Shown: piece by piece, positions 40,563-51,022 of the stretch
Layout of the letters: the number at the start of each line of letters is the position of its first letter
How positions within the stretch are numbered: the stretch's first letter is position 1
NCBI RefSeq assembly: GCF_017744655.1
Contig: NZ_JAGIAW010000011.1
Location: 22,205 to 86,204, forward strand
Source: Devosia sp.
Lineage (GTDB): Bacteria > Pseudomonadota > Alphaproteobacteria > Rhizobiales > Devosiaceae
Length of the DNA stretch: 64,000 nucleotides
Direction of reading: 5' to 3'
The notes under the pieces: model-generated
Seen by the model: the letters and a program-made list of their open reading frames with translations, nothing else
Databases searched by the model: none
Told to the model about the DNA's origin: nothing
Program-made: the position numbers and the translations under genes

Positions 40563-40586
40563 GGCGGCGCCCCGAGGGACGCCGCC
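40563..40586 (-). terminator. Rho-independent terminator after MCP 40614-42650
   Basis: GGCGGCG-loop-CGCCGCC. On the minus strand it is followed by TTCGTTTGCATTT. Confidence 0.65.
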
Positions 40587-40613
40587 ATGCATGCCTGGTT
40601 ACTGGGCGAAAAA

Positions 40614-42650
40614 TCAGAACTCGTCCCAATCGGCGGCAAGTGCAGCATTGCCCCTCGATTTGAGCACTGGCGCCGCCGCCCGGGCCGGAACGACAGGCTC
40701 GGCACGGCCCCCATCCACCGTGAAGATATCGACGACCCGGTCGAGTTCAGCCGCCTGGCTTTCGGTCTGTTCGATGGCGGCATTGGTTTCTTCCACCAGC
40801 GCCGCGTTGTGCTGGGTCATCTCGTCCATCACCCGCACCGACGAGCCCACTTCCTCGATGGCCTGGGCCTGCTCCCGGCTCGCCTTTGCAATGGTCTGCA
40901 TCACCTCGGCATTGCGCGCAACGGCGTCGAGCATGCCTTCGAGCTTCTTGGCCGCGGTCGACACGAGGCGTGAGCCACCGCTGACCTCCATGGCGCTCTT
41001 CTCGATCAGATCCTTGACCTCGGCCGAGGCCTGCGCCGCCGATTGCGCGAGGCGCCGCACTTCAACGGCCACCACGGCAAAGCCCTTGCCCGCCTCTCCG
41101 GCCCGCGCAGCTTCCACCGAGGCATTGAGCGCCAGCAGATTGGTCTGGAAGGCGATGTCGTCGATCATGCCGATGATATTGGAGATCTTGGCCGAGGACT
41201 GGGTAATGCGCTCCATGGCCTCGTTGGCTTCGCCCATCACGACGCCTGTCGCCTCGGCCTCGCGCGACACGCTTTCGGCATCGGCCCCGGCCTTGCCGGC
41301 CAGTTCCGCGTTGCTGGCCACGGTTGAGGCGAGCTGTTCCATGGCGGCCGAAGTCTCCTCGATCGTCGCCGCCTGCTTGGTGGTGCGTTCACTAAGATCA
41401 TTGGCGCCCGAGAGAATTTCCCCCGTCGCCATCTTCAGCGCCCGCGAGGTGACACGCAACTGGCCGATGACATCGCAGAGCTTGTCGGCAACCCCATTGG
41501 TATCGCCGCTGAGCTTTGCAAATGCCCCCTGGTAATTCCCCGCCATGCGATGGGTCAGGTCCGCCTCGGCGAGGCGCGAGAGCACTTCCCCGGTTTCGCT
41601 GAGGCCGCGATCGACGGTTTCCACCAGCCGATTGACGCTGCCGGCGAGGCTGTTGAGCTCGGGATCGGCGAACTGGGCATGAACGCGCTTGGAAAAATCC
41701 CCGGCAATGGCCGCATCGACCACTTCACCAAAGGCTGCCTGCAGCGCAACCATCATATCGGTGCGCTCGACGCGCCGCCGCTGCGAGGCAAGCCGCTCTT
41801 CCTCGGTCATCTCGGTCATCTTGAGGCCATTGACCCTGAAAACTTCCACGGATTTGGCCATGGCGCCAACTTCATTATTGCGCGCCACATAGGGCACGAC
41901 GGCGTCGTAATCGCCGCCCGAAATGGTCTCCATCACCTTGGCCAGCCGCGGCACCGGCGCCAGCAGCAGCCGCGCCACGAAAAATCCGGCGACGCCGAGC
42001 ACGACCAGCACGCCGCCGCCCACCGCCAGGAGCAATTGCAGCAATTGCTGGATCGTGCCGTCGACCCGGGCCCGGTCGACACCGACATAGAGTATGCCCA
42101 GCGTCTTGCCGCCCTGATCGACGATAGGCTGGTAGGCAGTGTAATAGGGTCGTCCGACGATCGTCGCCTCACCGAAATAGGCCTGCCCCGCCATGACCGG
42201 CTCATAGGCCGCGCTCGCCTTGCCGAGCACGGTGCCGAGGATCCGTTCGCCCTTTTCATCGACGATCGTCGTCGTCATGCGCACAAAATCCTGCTGAGCC
42301 TCGTCCCAGCCGAAAATCGTCGCGGATTCCCCTGTCAGCCGCACGATCGAGTCGACAATGTCATGATTGAGAAACTGGCGCGGCATGGCCCAGGCGACGA
42401 GGCCTTCGAGATCGCCGGTCTCCCCCCACTTGGCCTCGGAGCCCGGCAGGTTGCCCGAAAGGATCGTTGCCGCCGTCTTGAGATTGGCGTGCTGTTGTTC
42501 GATCGCCTGCGCACGAAGTGCCGTGCCGAGGCTGGAATAAACAGCAAATGTCACGGCGCTAATGGACAGAATAATGGTCACCACAACCAGACAAACGATG
42601 GCAGAGGTAACTTTGACATCGGCAACAAAGGCCGAAATTCGGCTGAACAT
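40614..42650 (-). CDS. Methyl-accepting chemotaxis protein with a single-Cache-like (Cache_3-Cache_2 type) sensor
   Basis: Periplasmic ..[69 protein letters not shown].. with HAMP, MA domain and C-terminal ADWDEF. ATG 42650 has a GAGGGGG SD. Confidence 0.85.
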   Translation of the reverse strand: MFSRISAFVADVKVTSAIVCLVVVTIILSISAVTFAVYSSLGTALRAQAIEQQHANLKTAATILSGNLPGSEAKWGETGDLEGLVAWAMPRQFLNHDIVDSIVRLTGESATIFGWDEAQQDFVRMTTTIVDEKGERILGTVLGKASAAYEPVMAGQAYFGEATIVGRPYYTAYQPIVDQGGKTLGILYVGVDRARVDGTIQQLLQLLLAVGGGVLVVLGVAGFFVARLLLAPVPRLAKVMETISGGDYDAVVPYVARNNEVGAMAKSVEVFRVNGLKMTEMTEEERLASQRRRVERTDMMVALQAAFGEVVDAAIAGDFSKRVHAQFADPELNSLAGSVNRLVETVDRGLSETGEVLSRLAEADLTHRMAGNYQGAFAKLSGDTNGVADKLCDVIGQLRVTSRALKMATGEILSGANDLSERTTKQAATIEETSAAMEQLASTVASNAELAGKAGADAESVSREAEATGVVMGEANEAMERITQSSAKISNIIGMIDDIAFQTNLLALNASVEAARAGEAGKGFAVVAVEVRRLAQSAAQASAEVKDLIEKSAMEVSGGSRLVSTAAKKLEGMLDAVARNAEVMQTIAKASREQAQAIEEVGSSVRVMDEMTQHNAALVEETNAAIEQTESQAAELDRVVDIFTVDGGRAEPVVPARAAAPVLKSRGNAALAADWDEF

Positions 42651-42810
42651 GAAATACCCCCTCAGGCGCTCGATTAAGACGAGTTTTTGCACTATCGGGG
42701 AATGTTAGCATTCGGCCATTAACCGAATATTATTGCTGATCTTCAGACAAAAATCCCGACCAGCGCTGGGCTGATCAGGATCAATATTGTTCGCAAACGA
42801 CTGTTATTAC

Positions 42811-44880
42811 TTAAAATTCATCCCAGTCTGCCGCGAGAGCCGTATTGCCGGCGTTCCGCGGAGCGGGCGCCCCGCCGCGTGGCGAAGCCGCGGCATACTT
42901 CTTCCTGGGTGCGCGAACACTTCCAGCGCAGTGGTCCTCGAGCCGGAAAATATCGACGATCCGGTCGAGTTCGCTGGCCTGTGCTTCGGTCTGCTCGATG
43001 GCGGCATTGGTTTCTTCCACCAGCGCCGCATTGTGCTGGGTCATCTCGTCCATCTGCCGTACGGCGGTCGAAATCTCCTCGATGGCGCCGGCCTGATCGC
43101 GACTATCGCGGGCAATGGCTTCGAGCGAGACAGTATTGTCGCGAATAGCCCCCAGCACCGACGCGAGCCTGTTCGCGGCCTCCTCTACGAGCCGCGATCC
43201 CGAGGCCACTTCGCCCGCGCTCTGCTCGATCAGCACCTTCACCTCAGCCGAGGCCTGGGCGGCCGATTGCGCGAGGCGCCGCACCTCCACCGCCACGACC
43301 GCAAAACCCTTGCCGGCATCGCCCGCCCGCGCCGCTTCCACCGAGGCATTGAGGGCAAGAAGATTGGTCTGGAAAGCGATGTCGTCAATCATGCCGATGA
43401 TGTTGGAAATCTTGGCCGAAGACTGGGTGATCCGCTCCATGGCATGGGTCGCATCCTGCATGGCGAGCCCGCCCTGCTCGGCCGTGTCGGTCACCTGCGC
43501 CGCCTTGGCGCTGGCGTCACGAGCCCGTGCCGCATTGCCCATGACGGTGGTTGCCAACTGCTCCATGGCAGCAGAGGTTTCCTCGATGGTCGCCGCCTGC
43601 CGCGTCGTGCGCTCGCTGAGATCATTGGCGCCGGAGAGGATTTCCCCCGTTGCCGCCTTCAGCGCGCCCGATGTGGTGCGGAACTGGGTGACGATATCGG
43701 TCAGCTTCTCGGCCACAGCATTGATATCGATCTTGAGCTTGGCAAAGGCGCCGCGATGTTCGCCCCGCATGCGCTGGGTCAGATCGGTATTGGCCAGCGC
43801 ATTGAGCACCATGCCAGTCTCACCGAGCCCGCGATCGACGCTCCCCACCAGCGTATTGACCGAATTGGCAAGGCCATTGAGTTCGGCATCGGGGAACTGC
43901 TCGGGCACGCGCCGCGAAAAATCCCCCTCGATGGCGGCGTCGACCACATCGCCAAAGGCGCGCTGCAAGTCGATCATCATAGCCTGACGCGCTTCAGAAT
44001 CGCGAATGATGCGCGCCGCCTCCGCCTCGGTCATCTGCGCAACTTTCAGCCCACTCTCGCGAAAGACTTCCACGGCCCGCGCCATGGCGCCAATCTCGTT
44101 GCCGCGCTGCACATAGGGCACGTCGGTTTCGAACCGTCCCTCCGCAATCGCTCCCATGGCTGCCGCAATGCGCGGCAGCGGACGGGTGATGACGAGGCTC
44201 AGGAGATAGCCGAGAACGCCCAGCACCAGCGTCGTCACTACGGCAATGGTCAGCATCAGCACCATCATGCCCTGCACCGATTGCTCGATGGCCTCAAGCG
44301 TTTCCCCGACAAGGATCGCCCCGGCCACCGCACCGTCTTCCCGCACCACCGGATAATAGGCGGCATAATAGGTCTGCCCGCCAATCTGCTCTTCGCCCAG
44401 CCACGCACGCCCTTCCTTCATGGCGGCCATGACGGCGCCCTGCGGGTCCATGATCTGGCCCTTGAGGCTGGTGCCCGCTTCATCGGCCAGCGTCGTCGTA
44501 TTGATCACCAGTTCCTTGGTGTCCTTGTCGGCAATGTAGATCGCCGTCTCACCCCCGGTGACGCGCGAAATGCCGTCGACCAGTTCGGTATCGAAGAAGG
44601 GCAGTAGCGCCCAGAGCGTCAGCTGGCCCAGCGCCCCGTCGTCTCCCCAATTGACCACGGTGCCGCCTGCCTTGTTGGTCGCCGCGGCGAAAATGGTCGC
44701 GGCGGTGCGCAGATTGGCTTCCTGGCGGTCGCGCCCCTGCTGCATCATCGTGCTGGAGAAGTTGAGGTAGATGCCGATCGCCACCACGGTAATCGAAACG
44801 ACAATGGCTGTTGTCACCAAAGTCGCAATAATAAATCTCAGGCTTAGGCGCCCGAAAAAGGCGGATACAGACCGTGCCAT
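42811..44880 (-). CDS. Methyl-accepting chemotaxis protein with a single-Cache-like sensor (paralog of 40614-42650)
   Basis: Periplasmic ..[38 protein letters not shown].. with HAMP, MA domain and C-terminal ADWDEF. Confidence 0.85.
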   Translation of the reverse strand: MARSVSAFFGRLSLRFIIATLVTTAIVVSITVVAIGIYLNFSSTMMQQGRDRQEANLRTAATIFAAATNKAGGTVVNWGDDGALGQLTLWALLPFFDTELVDGISRVTGGETAIYIADKDTKELVINTTTLADEAGTSLKGQIMDPQGAVMAAMKEGRAWLGEEQIGGQTYYAAYYPVVREDGAVAGAILVGETLEAIEQSVQGMMVLMLTIAVVTTLVLGVLGYLLSLVITRPLPRIAAAMGAIAEGRFETDVPYVQRGNEIGAMARAVEVFRESGLKVAQMTEAEAARIIRDSEARQAMMIDLQRAFGDVVDAAIEGDFSRRVPEQFPDAELNGLANSVNTLVGSVDRGLGETGMVLNALANTDLTQRMRGEHRGAFAKLKIDINAVAEKLTDIVTQFRTTSGALKAATGEILSGANDLSERTTRQAATIEETSAAMEQLATTVMGNAARARDASAKAAQVTDTAEQGGLAMQDATHAMERITQSSAKISNIIGMIDDIAFQTNLLALNASVEAARAGDAGKGFAVVAVEVRRLAQSAAQASAEVKVLIEQSAGEVASGSRLVEEAANRLASVLGAIRDNTVSLEAIARDSRDQAGAIEEISTAVRQMDEMTQHNAALVEETNAAIEQTEAQASELDRIVDIFRLEDHCAGSVRAPRKKYAAASPRGGAPAPRNAGNTALAADWDEF

Positions 44881-45064
44881 TCTTGTCCCTCGGATGAGCA
44901 GCGTGGCGCGAATCTTATTGGAGTCAAATTTAATCAAGTATTACAATGATTTAGATCGCCGTCATTTTCATTTTTGCACCCTCGCGCTGAAAATGCGGCC
45001 AATGAAATCGACATCCACGGCAGGCTTTTTCAGAACGAACTCCCCAGACGAAAATGGGGAAGGC

Positions 45065-45092
45065 CCGTTTCCGAGCCTTCCCCACCTAGAGT
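45065..45092 (-). terminator. Rho-independent terminator after MCP 45113-47623
   Basis: GGGGAAGGC-loop-GCCTTCCCC. On the minus strand it is followed by ATTTTCGT. Confidence 0.7.
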
Positions 45093-45112
45093 GAAGTCTG
45101 AGAGCGTTTTAT

Positions 45113-47623
45113 CTAGAACTCGCTCCAGTCGTCCGCTTTCACCGCCGCGCTGCCATGGCTGAGATAGGCTTTGGCAACCGACTTAAGCTTGTTCTGCAGG
45201 CCCCGCGCACCCTGAGACTGGGGTTCCGCAGGACGTGTGGCCGGAGCACTCTTGCGCCCGTCCGTCGCAAAGATATCGACGATCCCGTCAAGCTTAATGG
45301 CTTGCGCCTCCGTCTGCTCGATGGCCGCGTTCATCTCTTCCACCAGCGCCGCATTGTGCTGGGTCATTTCGTCCATCTGCCGCACCGCAGCATTGACCTC
45401 TTCGATGGACGAGGCCTGTTCGCGACTTTCCCTGGCAATGCCGTTCATCAGGTCATTGGACGAGCGCGCCGCTTCCAGCATGGCTGCGAGCTTCGAGGCC
45501 GCGTCGCTAACAAGCCGCGTACCGCCCTTCACCTCGGTGGCACTCTGCTCGATGAGCTGCTTCACATCCGAGGATGCGCTGGCCGCACTCTGGGCCAGAC
45601 GCCGCACTTCCACGGCCACAACGGCAAAACCCTTGCCTGCCTCGCCGGCCCGCGCCGCTTCAACCGAAGCATTGAGAGCCAGCAAATTGGTCTGGAAGGC
45701 GATATCGTCGATCATGCCGATGATGTTTGAAATCTTGGCCGAAGATGCGGTGATCTTCTCCATGGCCTCCGTCGCCTGCGCCATCACCTGCCCGCCGACC
45801 TCGGCAGAATTCGTCACATCGCCCGCAGCCGCACTGGCTTCCTGCGCACGCTGCGCATTCTGCAGCACGGTAGCAGCAAGCTGTTCCATCGCCGCCGAGG
45901 TCTCTTCGATCGTCGCCGCCTGCTTGGTGGTGCGTTCGCTGAGATCATTGGCCCCGGAAAGGATTTCGCCGGTCGCCGTCTTCAAGGTTCCCGAAGTCGT
46001 CCGCAATTCGCCAACCACGTCGGTCAGGCGATCGGCCACCGCATTGACGTCCGACTTGAGCCGCGCAAAGGCGCCCTCATAGTCCCCTTCCATGCGATGG
46101 GTCAAATCGGTATTGGCCAGCGCCGAGAGCACGACGCCGGTTTCGCCCACGCCACGATCCACGGTTTCCACCAGACCATTGACCGAACGCGCCAGCGCAT
46201 TGAGCTCATCATCCGGGAAATCGGCTTCCACGCGGCGCGAGAAATCCCCCGCAATGGCGGCATCCACCACATGCCCGAACGAGCGCTGCAATTTCTGCAT
46301 CATGGCAGCGCGATCCGCCTGGCCGCGAATGATTGATGCCGCTTCTGCTTCCGTCATTTCCGCCATGCGCAACCCGTTCTGGCGGAACACTTCCACCGCC
46401 CGGGCCATGGCGCCGATTTCGTCGCCGCGATGACCGCCCGATACCTCGACGGCAAGATCGCCCTCGGCCAGCGTCTCCATCGTATGGGTCAGGCGCGAAA
46501 TCGGCCGGCTGATCGAGCGGGCAAAGAAGAAGCCGAGCACTGCGGCAATGGCCAGCAGAACCCCGCCGACCAGCAGCGTCATGTTGCGCATGCTGACAAC
46601 AGGCGCGAGCGCCTCGTCTTCGGGCTGCACCGCCGTCACCGCCCAGGTCACCCCGCCCACGCTGATGGGCTCGGCCCGCACCACCATGGGGGCACCGCGA
46701 TAATCCGTGCTCATCCCCTCGCCGGTCTGGCCGGAGAAGGCTGCGGTCACCACGTCGGAGGTCAGCGCCGTGACGAGAACGTCGTCAGCCGCCGTCTTGG
46801 GCGATTCGCTGCGAAGGAGGCCATCCTGCCCCACCACCACGACTTCGCCGCTCTTGCCCATGCCCGAAAGCTCGGACACCCGGCTGCTCATCGCCGCAGG
46901 CGAAATCGCCAGCACCATGACGCCGGTATTTTCGTCCTTGTCGAAAACCGGCATGGCCATGAAACTTTGCGGCGTGCCGGTCGGGCCATAGACGGAGAAG
47001 TCGACAAAGGCGGCCGAACCATCCGGCATATCCTTGGCCGCCGTGAAGGCCTGGCCCAGGCCGGAAGCAGCCAGAACCGGGTCGGCGACGACATTGCCGG
47101 CAAAATCGATATTCTTGGCGACCGAATAGACGACGTCCCCGGTCGCGCTCACCAGCAGCACGTCGGAATAATCGCGCTCAAGTTTCAGCGTCCGGAAGCC
47201 GGGATGGAACCGCTTGTGCGGCGCGTCATAGGTCGCGCCCTTGCCATTGGCACTGTCGAGCGCCGAACGATCGTCCTGGTTCGGGTTTTCGGTGACGTAG
47301 GCGGTCTGCAATTGCAGCGCCGCGCGTTCCTTGAGCCCCATGCGCAATTCTTCGAGCGCACGCGTCAGGTTCTTCATCGCCGTGACCGTATCGGAGCGCT
47401 GCACGAAGAGCCGCAAATCCACCTCGGCGCTCGAAAAATACTCGCTCACCATGCTCGTCGCCGTGTTGAGCGAAGCCTGCATAGACTGGTCGCGCTGTTC
47501 CTCAACCGTGCCGAGGCCAATAAAATAGCTGGCAATGCCGACACCGGCACTCACCACCAGAGCCGAGCCAACCAAAGCCAATGGCAGTTTCTGCGCAATG
47601 CGCAGCTGCGGAATAAATCGCAC
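45113..47623 (-). CDS. Methyl-accepting chemotaxis protein with a large double-Cache-like periplasmic sensor
   Basis: A ~370-aa periplasmic region (..[43 protein letters not shown]..), HAMP, MA domain and C-terminal DDWSEF. GTG 47623, preceded by a G-rich SD, is proposed. There is no in-frame ATG between the 47746 ORF start and TM1. Confidence 0.8.
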   Translation of the reverse strand: MRFIPQLRIAQKLPLALVGSALVVSAGVGIASYFIGLGTVEEQRDQSMQASLNTATSMVSEYFSSAEVDLRLFVQRSDTVTAMKNLTRALEELRMGLKERAALQLQTAYVTENPNQDDRSALDSANGKGATYDAPHKRFHPGFRTLKLERDYSDVLLVSATGDVVYSVAKNIDFAGNVVADPVLAASGLGQAFTAAKDMPDGSAAFVDFSVYGPTGTPQSFMAMPVFDKDENTGVMVLAISPAAMSSRVSELSGMGKSGEVVVVGQDGLLRSESPKTAADDVLVTALTSDVVTAAFSGQTGEGMSTDYRGAPMVVRAEPISVGGVTWAVTAVQPEDEALAPVVSMRNMTLLVGGVLLAIAAVLGFFFARSISRPISRLTHTMETLAEGDLAVEVSGGHRGDEIGAMARAVEVFRQNGLRMAEMTEAEAASIIRGQADRAAMMQKLQRSFGHVVDAAIAGDFSRRVEADFPDDELNALARSVNGLVETVDRGVGETGVVLSALANTDLTHRMEGDYEGAFARLKSDVNAVADRLTDVVGELRTTSGTLKTATGEILSGANDLSERTTKQAATIEETSAAMEQLAATVLQNAQRAQEASAAAGDVTNSAEVGGQVMAQATEAMEKITASSAKISNIIGMIDDIAFQTNLLALNASVEAARAGEAGKGFAVVAVEVRRLAQSAASASSDVKQLIEQSATEVKGGTRLVSDAASKLAAMLEAARSSNDLMNGIARESREQASSIEEVNAAVRQMDEMTQHNAALVEEMNAAIEQTEAQAIKLDGIVDIFATDGRKSAPATRPAEPQSQGARGLQNKLKSVAKAYLSHGSAAVKADDWSEF

Positions 47624-47780
47624 CCTTGTTCCCCCCAAGCATGATCCGACCCAGCGGCTTTCAAGCCGGCCGCGTCCCAGCCAGCGACAGGCGCTGCGGG
47701 TCGGCAAATCTCCTTCCGCAATCGTTACATATTTAGGTTTAACCACTTATTACGGCGTCAAGGGACGTGAAAGCGGCCCG

Positions 47781-47817
47781 AAAAGCAAAGCGCCCGCAAC
47801 CGGTTGGTTGCGAGCGC
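47781..47817 (-). terminator. Rho-independent terminator after cheY2
   Basis: On the minus strand, GCGCTCGCAACC-aacc-GGTTGCGGGCGC is followed by TTTGCTTTTCGGG. Confidence 0.7.
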
Positions 47818-47845
47818 TTCAGGAACTGGTTTTGTCGCTAGCCGA

Positions 47846-48235
47846 TCAGGTCAGCGCGCCGATCACGGCCTCGATACGCTTCTTCATGGTCGAAACGTCG
47901 AATGGCTTGATGATGTAGTTGTTGACACCAGCCGAAATAGCTTCCTTCACCTGCTCGGCGTCGGAACGCCCGGTCGCCATGATGAAGGGCATGGCCTGGG
48001 TGCGCGGATGCTTGCGGATCACCTTCAGAAGCGTCAGCCCGTCGATATCGTCCATGTTCCAGTCGGAAATGATGAGATCGACATTGGCGCCTTCGAGCTT
48101 GCCCAATGCATCGCGGCCGGACTTGGCCTCGATGATGTCCTTGAAGCCGAGTTGGTTGAGAATGTATTTACAGATGCCACGCATGGACTGCTGGTCATCA
48201 ACGATGAGAACGCTGACAGCACTGGCTTTGGGCAT
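47846..48235 (-). CDS. cheY: Chemotaxis response regulator CheY (CheY2-type)
   Basis: Single receiver domain: LIVDDQ..DLIISDWNM..G..LLK..P.IM.T......AGVNNYIIKPF. Confidence 0.9.
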   Translation of the reverse strand: MPKASAVSVLIVDDQQSMRGICKYILNQLGFKDIIEAKSGRDALGKLEGANVDLIISDWNMDDIDGLTLLKVIRKHPRTQAMPFIMATGRSDAEQVKEAISAGVNNYIIKPFDVSTMKKRIEAVIGALT

Positions 48236-48347
48236 GGACTCTATCTACCTCTTACTCGCCGGCGCCTAGGCTCCGGTATTCAAGATCATCCTAAGCGGGA
48301 GAGGTTACAATTCTCTCAATCGCACAGGGTGCATTGCAGCCTTGCCG

Positions 48348-49394
48348 TTAAGCTGCCGAACGCAAACGAACGAGCGCATTGGCCAGTTTGGCCGCGATCT
48401 GCTCAAGCGGCGCCTGCTCGACCACTGCGCCTTCCTCGAAGGCAACGCGCGGCATGCCATAGACGAGGGCCGAAGCCTGGCTCTGCCCCACCGTATAGGC
48501 GCCGGCATCGCGCATGAGTTTCAGGCCACGGGCCCCATCGCGGCCCATGCCCGTGAGAATGGCGCCAACCGCCATATGTCCCACCGCCTTGGCCACGGAT
48601 TCGAACAGCACGTCGACGCTGGGACGATGGCCGCTGGTCAGCTCGTCCTGGCTCAACCGGCATTTCAGTTGCCCCGACGAGCGCTCGACGCGCAGGTGAT
48701 AGTCGCCGCGCGCCACATAGGCATGGCCGCGCTCGAGCACCATGCGGTCCTCGGCTTCTACAACCTTGATGGCGCAGAGTTCGTCGAGACGTGCCGCAAA
48801 GCGGCCGGTAAAGCCGGCCGGCATATGCTGGGCAATGACGATGGGCGGGCAATCCGCCGGCATATTGGTCAGAACCGCGCGGATGGCTTCGACGCCACCT
48901 GTTGATGCACCGATGGCGATGAGAGCACCGTCGGGCGCCGCCGCCGTCTTGACCGCGGCCTTGGGCGTCTCGATCCGGGTTGCGGCGCCCCGCACGTCGG
49001 TGCGCGCCGCATCGCGAATCTTGTCGCGCAGGCTTGCGCCAAAGGCATCGAGCCCGCCGGCAAATTCGGCGCTGGGCTTGGCCACGAAATCAATGGCGCC
49101 CAGTTCGAGCGCCAGCAGCGTTTCGCTCGCGCCCTTCTTGGTCAGGGTCGACACCATCACCACTGGCATGGGCCGCAAGCGCATCAGCTTTTCGAGAAAA
49201 TCGAGCCCGTTCATATTGGGCATTTCGATATCGAGCGTCACCACATCGGGGTTGAGCTGCTTGATCTTCTCGCGCGCTTCGATGGGATCGGTTGCCGTGC
49301 CGACGACATTGATGTCGCCATCGCGCGTCAGCATGCGGGTGAGCACCTCGCGAATGAGGGCCGAGTCGTCGACGACCAGAACCTTGATAGTCAT
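48348..49394 (-). CDS. cheB: Chemotaxis methylesterase/deamidase CheB
   Basis: Receiver domain (KVLVVDDSALIRE..DVVTLDIEMPNMNGL) plus methylesterase domain (IAIGASTGG.., ..IAQHMP.GFT.., ..GMGRDGA..). ATG 49394 overlaps the cheR stop. Confidence 0.9.
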   Translation of the reverse strand: MTIKVLVVDDSALIREVLTRMLTRDGDINVVGTATDPIEAREKIKQLNPDVVTLDIEMPNMNGLDFLEKLMRLRPMPVVMVSTLTKKGASETLLALELGAIDFVAKPSAEFAGGLDAFGASLRDKIRDAARTDVRGAATRIETPKAAVKTAAAPDGALIAIGASTGGVEAIRAVLTNMPADCPPIVIAQHMPAGFTGRFAARLDELCAIKVVEAEDRMVLERGHAYVARGDYHLRVERSSGQLKCRLSQDELTSGHRPSVDVLFESVAKAVGHMAVGAILTGMGRDGARGLKLMRDAGAYTVGQSQASALVYGMPRVAFEEGAVVEQAPLEQIAAKLANALVRLRSAA

Positions 49395-50233
49395 GCTGCT
49401 TCTCGTTTGTTCATCCGCTTGGATTGATAGATGGTCTTGCCCACGAGGCGGAAACCCTCGCCACCCGACCCCAGATTTTCCGAATGGCCGATATAGAGGA
49501 AGCCTTCGGGAGCCAGGAGCTTGCCGAAGCGGCCGAAAACGGCGCCCTGCGTCGGCTTGTCGAAATAGATCGCCACATTGCGACAGAAGATGGCGTCGAA
49601 CGGCCCCTTCATCGGCCATTCGGCGATGAGGTTGAGCGGCTTGAACGAGACCAGTTCGCGCGCCGCCTGCGGCACCTGCACTGTTCCGTCGCTGAGTTTC
49701 TGGAACGGCCGCGCCCGTTCGCCGCTAAGACCCGAAAGTTCGTTCTCGGGATAGATGCCGCGCGCCGCCTTGGCGATCACGGCCGTATCGATGTCAGTCG
49801 CCAGGATTTTGAAATCCCAGCGCTTGAGTTCGGGAAAGGCATTGAGCAGGTCCATGCCGATCGTATAGGGCTCCTGCCCCGTCGAACACCCGGCAGACCA
49901 GATGCGCAGGCGCTGGCCGCGCGGTCGCTCGCTCATCAGCGCGCCGACATAGGTCTTCAAATGATCGAAATGGTGATCTTCGCGATAAAAACGCGTGAGA
50001 TTGGTCGTCAGCGCATTGACGAAGTCCTGCCCGTCGCTCGCCGAAGCACCCTTTTCGAGATAGTCGACATAGTCGTCGAAACTGGACAGGTCGAGCGCCC
50101 GCACGATCTTGGACAGGCGCGATACCACCAGGGTCCGCTTGGCGTCGCTAAGGGAAATGCCGGCAACCTTGTAGACGCGGCTTTTGATCCGCGAAAACTC
50201 GCGCTCGCTGAGGGAAATTTCTCCCTGTTCCAT
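49391..50233 (-). CDS. cheR: Chemotaxis protein methyltransferase CheR
   Basis: ..LTTNLTRFYREDHHFDHL.., RIWSAGCSTGQEPYT, FCRNVAIYFD. ATG 50233 has a GGGGAAGG SD. Confidence 0.9.
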   Translation of the reverse strand: MEQGEISLSEREFSRIKSRVYKVAGISLSDAKRTLVVSRLSKIVRALDLSSFDDYVDYLEKGASASDGQDFVNALTTNLTRFYREDHHFDHLKTYVGALMSERPRGQRLRIWSAGCSTGQEPYTIGMDLLNAFPELKRWDFKILATDIDTAVIAKAARGIYPENELSGLSGERARPFQKLSDGTVQVPQAARELVSFKPLNLIAEWPMKGPFDAIFCRNVAIYFDKPTQGAVFGRFGKLLAPEGFLYIGHSENLGSGGEGFRLVGKTIYQSKRMNKREAA

Positions 50234-50404
50234 GAAACCTTCCCCGACTAACCAAGCCCTTGTCACAGAGCGGCAAGTTACCGTTCCGCGAGCATGGTCG
50301 CTTGTGCCGCGCCATGCTGTTGAGCGAAAGTCATTCTGGCCGGTTCATTCCTTAGATTGCGTAAATTCTGCCGGGAATGCCGGGCAATATTTGCGCGATG
50401 CGCC

Positions 50405-51022
50405 TTAGAAAAGTTCGATATCGTCGATGGGCGCCGGCACCACGACGCGGCGCTTGGCCAGCGCCAGTTCTTCCTTGGCGACATTGGCGCCGACATCGCT
50501 GTCGAGGCGCTTTACGAAAGCGCGGCCAGAATGGGGCTTGAAGAGCACGCGTCTGGCGAACATGCCGCCAAGATCTTCGCTCGAGGCCATATAGCCTTCG
50601 TCGGCGAGGAACTGGCGCACGAATTCGATATTCTTGGCCCCGACATCGTCGAGCGCCGAATTGATCTTGCCGCCGCCGAACACTTTGATCTCGAGGTTGG
50701 ACTTCTTGCCCGACCCTTGCGAGAGCACCTTGTTGATCAACTGCTCCATGGCAAAGGCCCCGTAGCGGGCCGAGGCGCCATACCGATCCTTGGCCGAACC
50801 CGACTGCTCGGCGAGGAGAAAATGGTTCATCCCGCCGACATTGGCGACGCGATCCCTGACGCAGGCCGAGATGCACGAACCGAGCACGGTCGAGAACGTG
50901 ACATCCTGAGCCGAAGAAACGTGGCAATCGCCCTGATGGACTGTAGTGACGATACCTCTGTCGAATTCAGGCGGCAGGGAGCTATTCTGGCCCATTTGTC
51001 TACGAATACCCGTCGAGTCCAA
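50405..51022 (-). CDS. cheD: Chemoreceptor glutamine deamidase CheD
   Basis: ..STVLGSCISACVRD..VGGMNHFLL.. and ..KVFGGG.. are CheD signatures. Alternative ATG at 50995. Confidence 0.85.
   Translation of the reverse strand: MDSTGIRRQMGQNSSLPPEFDRGIVTTVHQGDCHVSSAQDVTFSTVLGSCISACVRDRVANVGGMNHFLLAEQSGSAKDRYGASARYGAFAMEQLINKVLSQGSGKKSNLEIKVFGGGKINSALDDVGAKNIEFVRQFLADEGYMASSEDLGGMFARRVLFKPHSGRAFVKRLDSDVGANVAKEELALAKRRVVVPAPIDDIELF

Noticed and set aside
35905-47644. Long plus-strand ORFs inside the MCP array (35905-37557, 38421-40454, 41550-42677, 42787-44607, 46430-47644 and smaller ones)
   Set aside because: All are antisense to clearly recognisable MCP genes. The translations are low-complexity (G/R/D/H-rich) with no known motifs. 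Stop-poor antisense frames are expected at this GC content.
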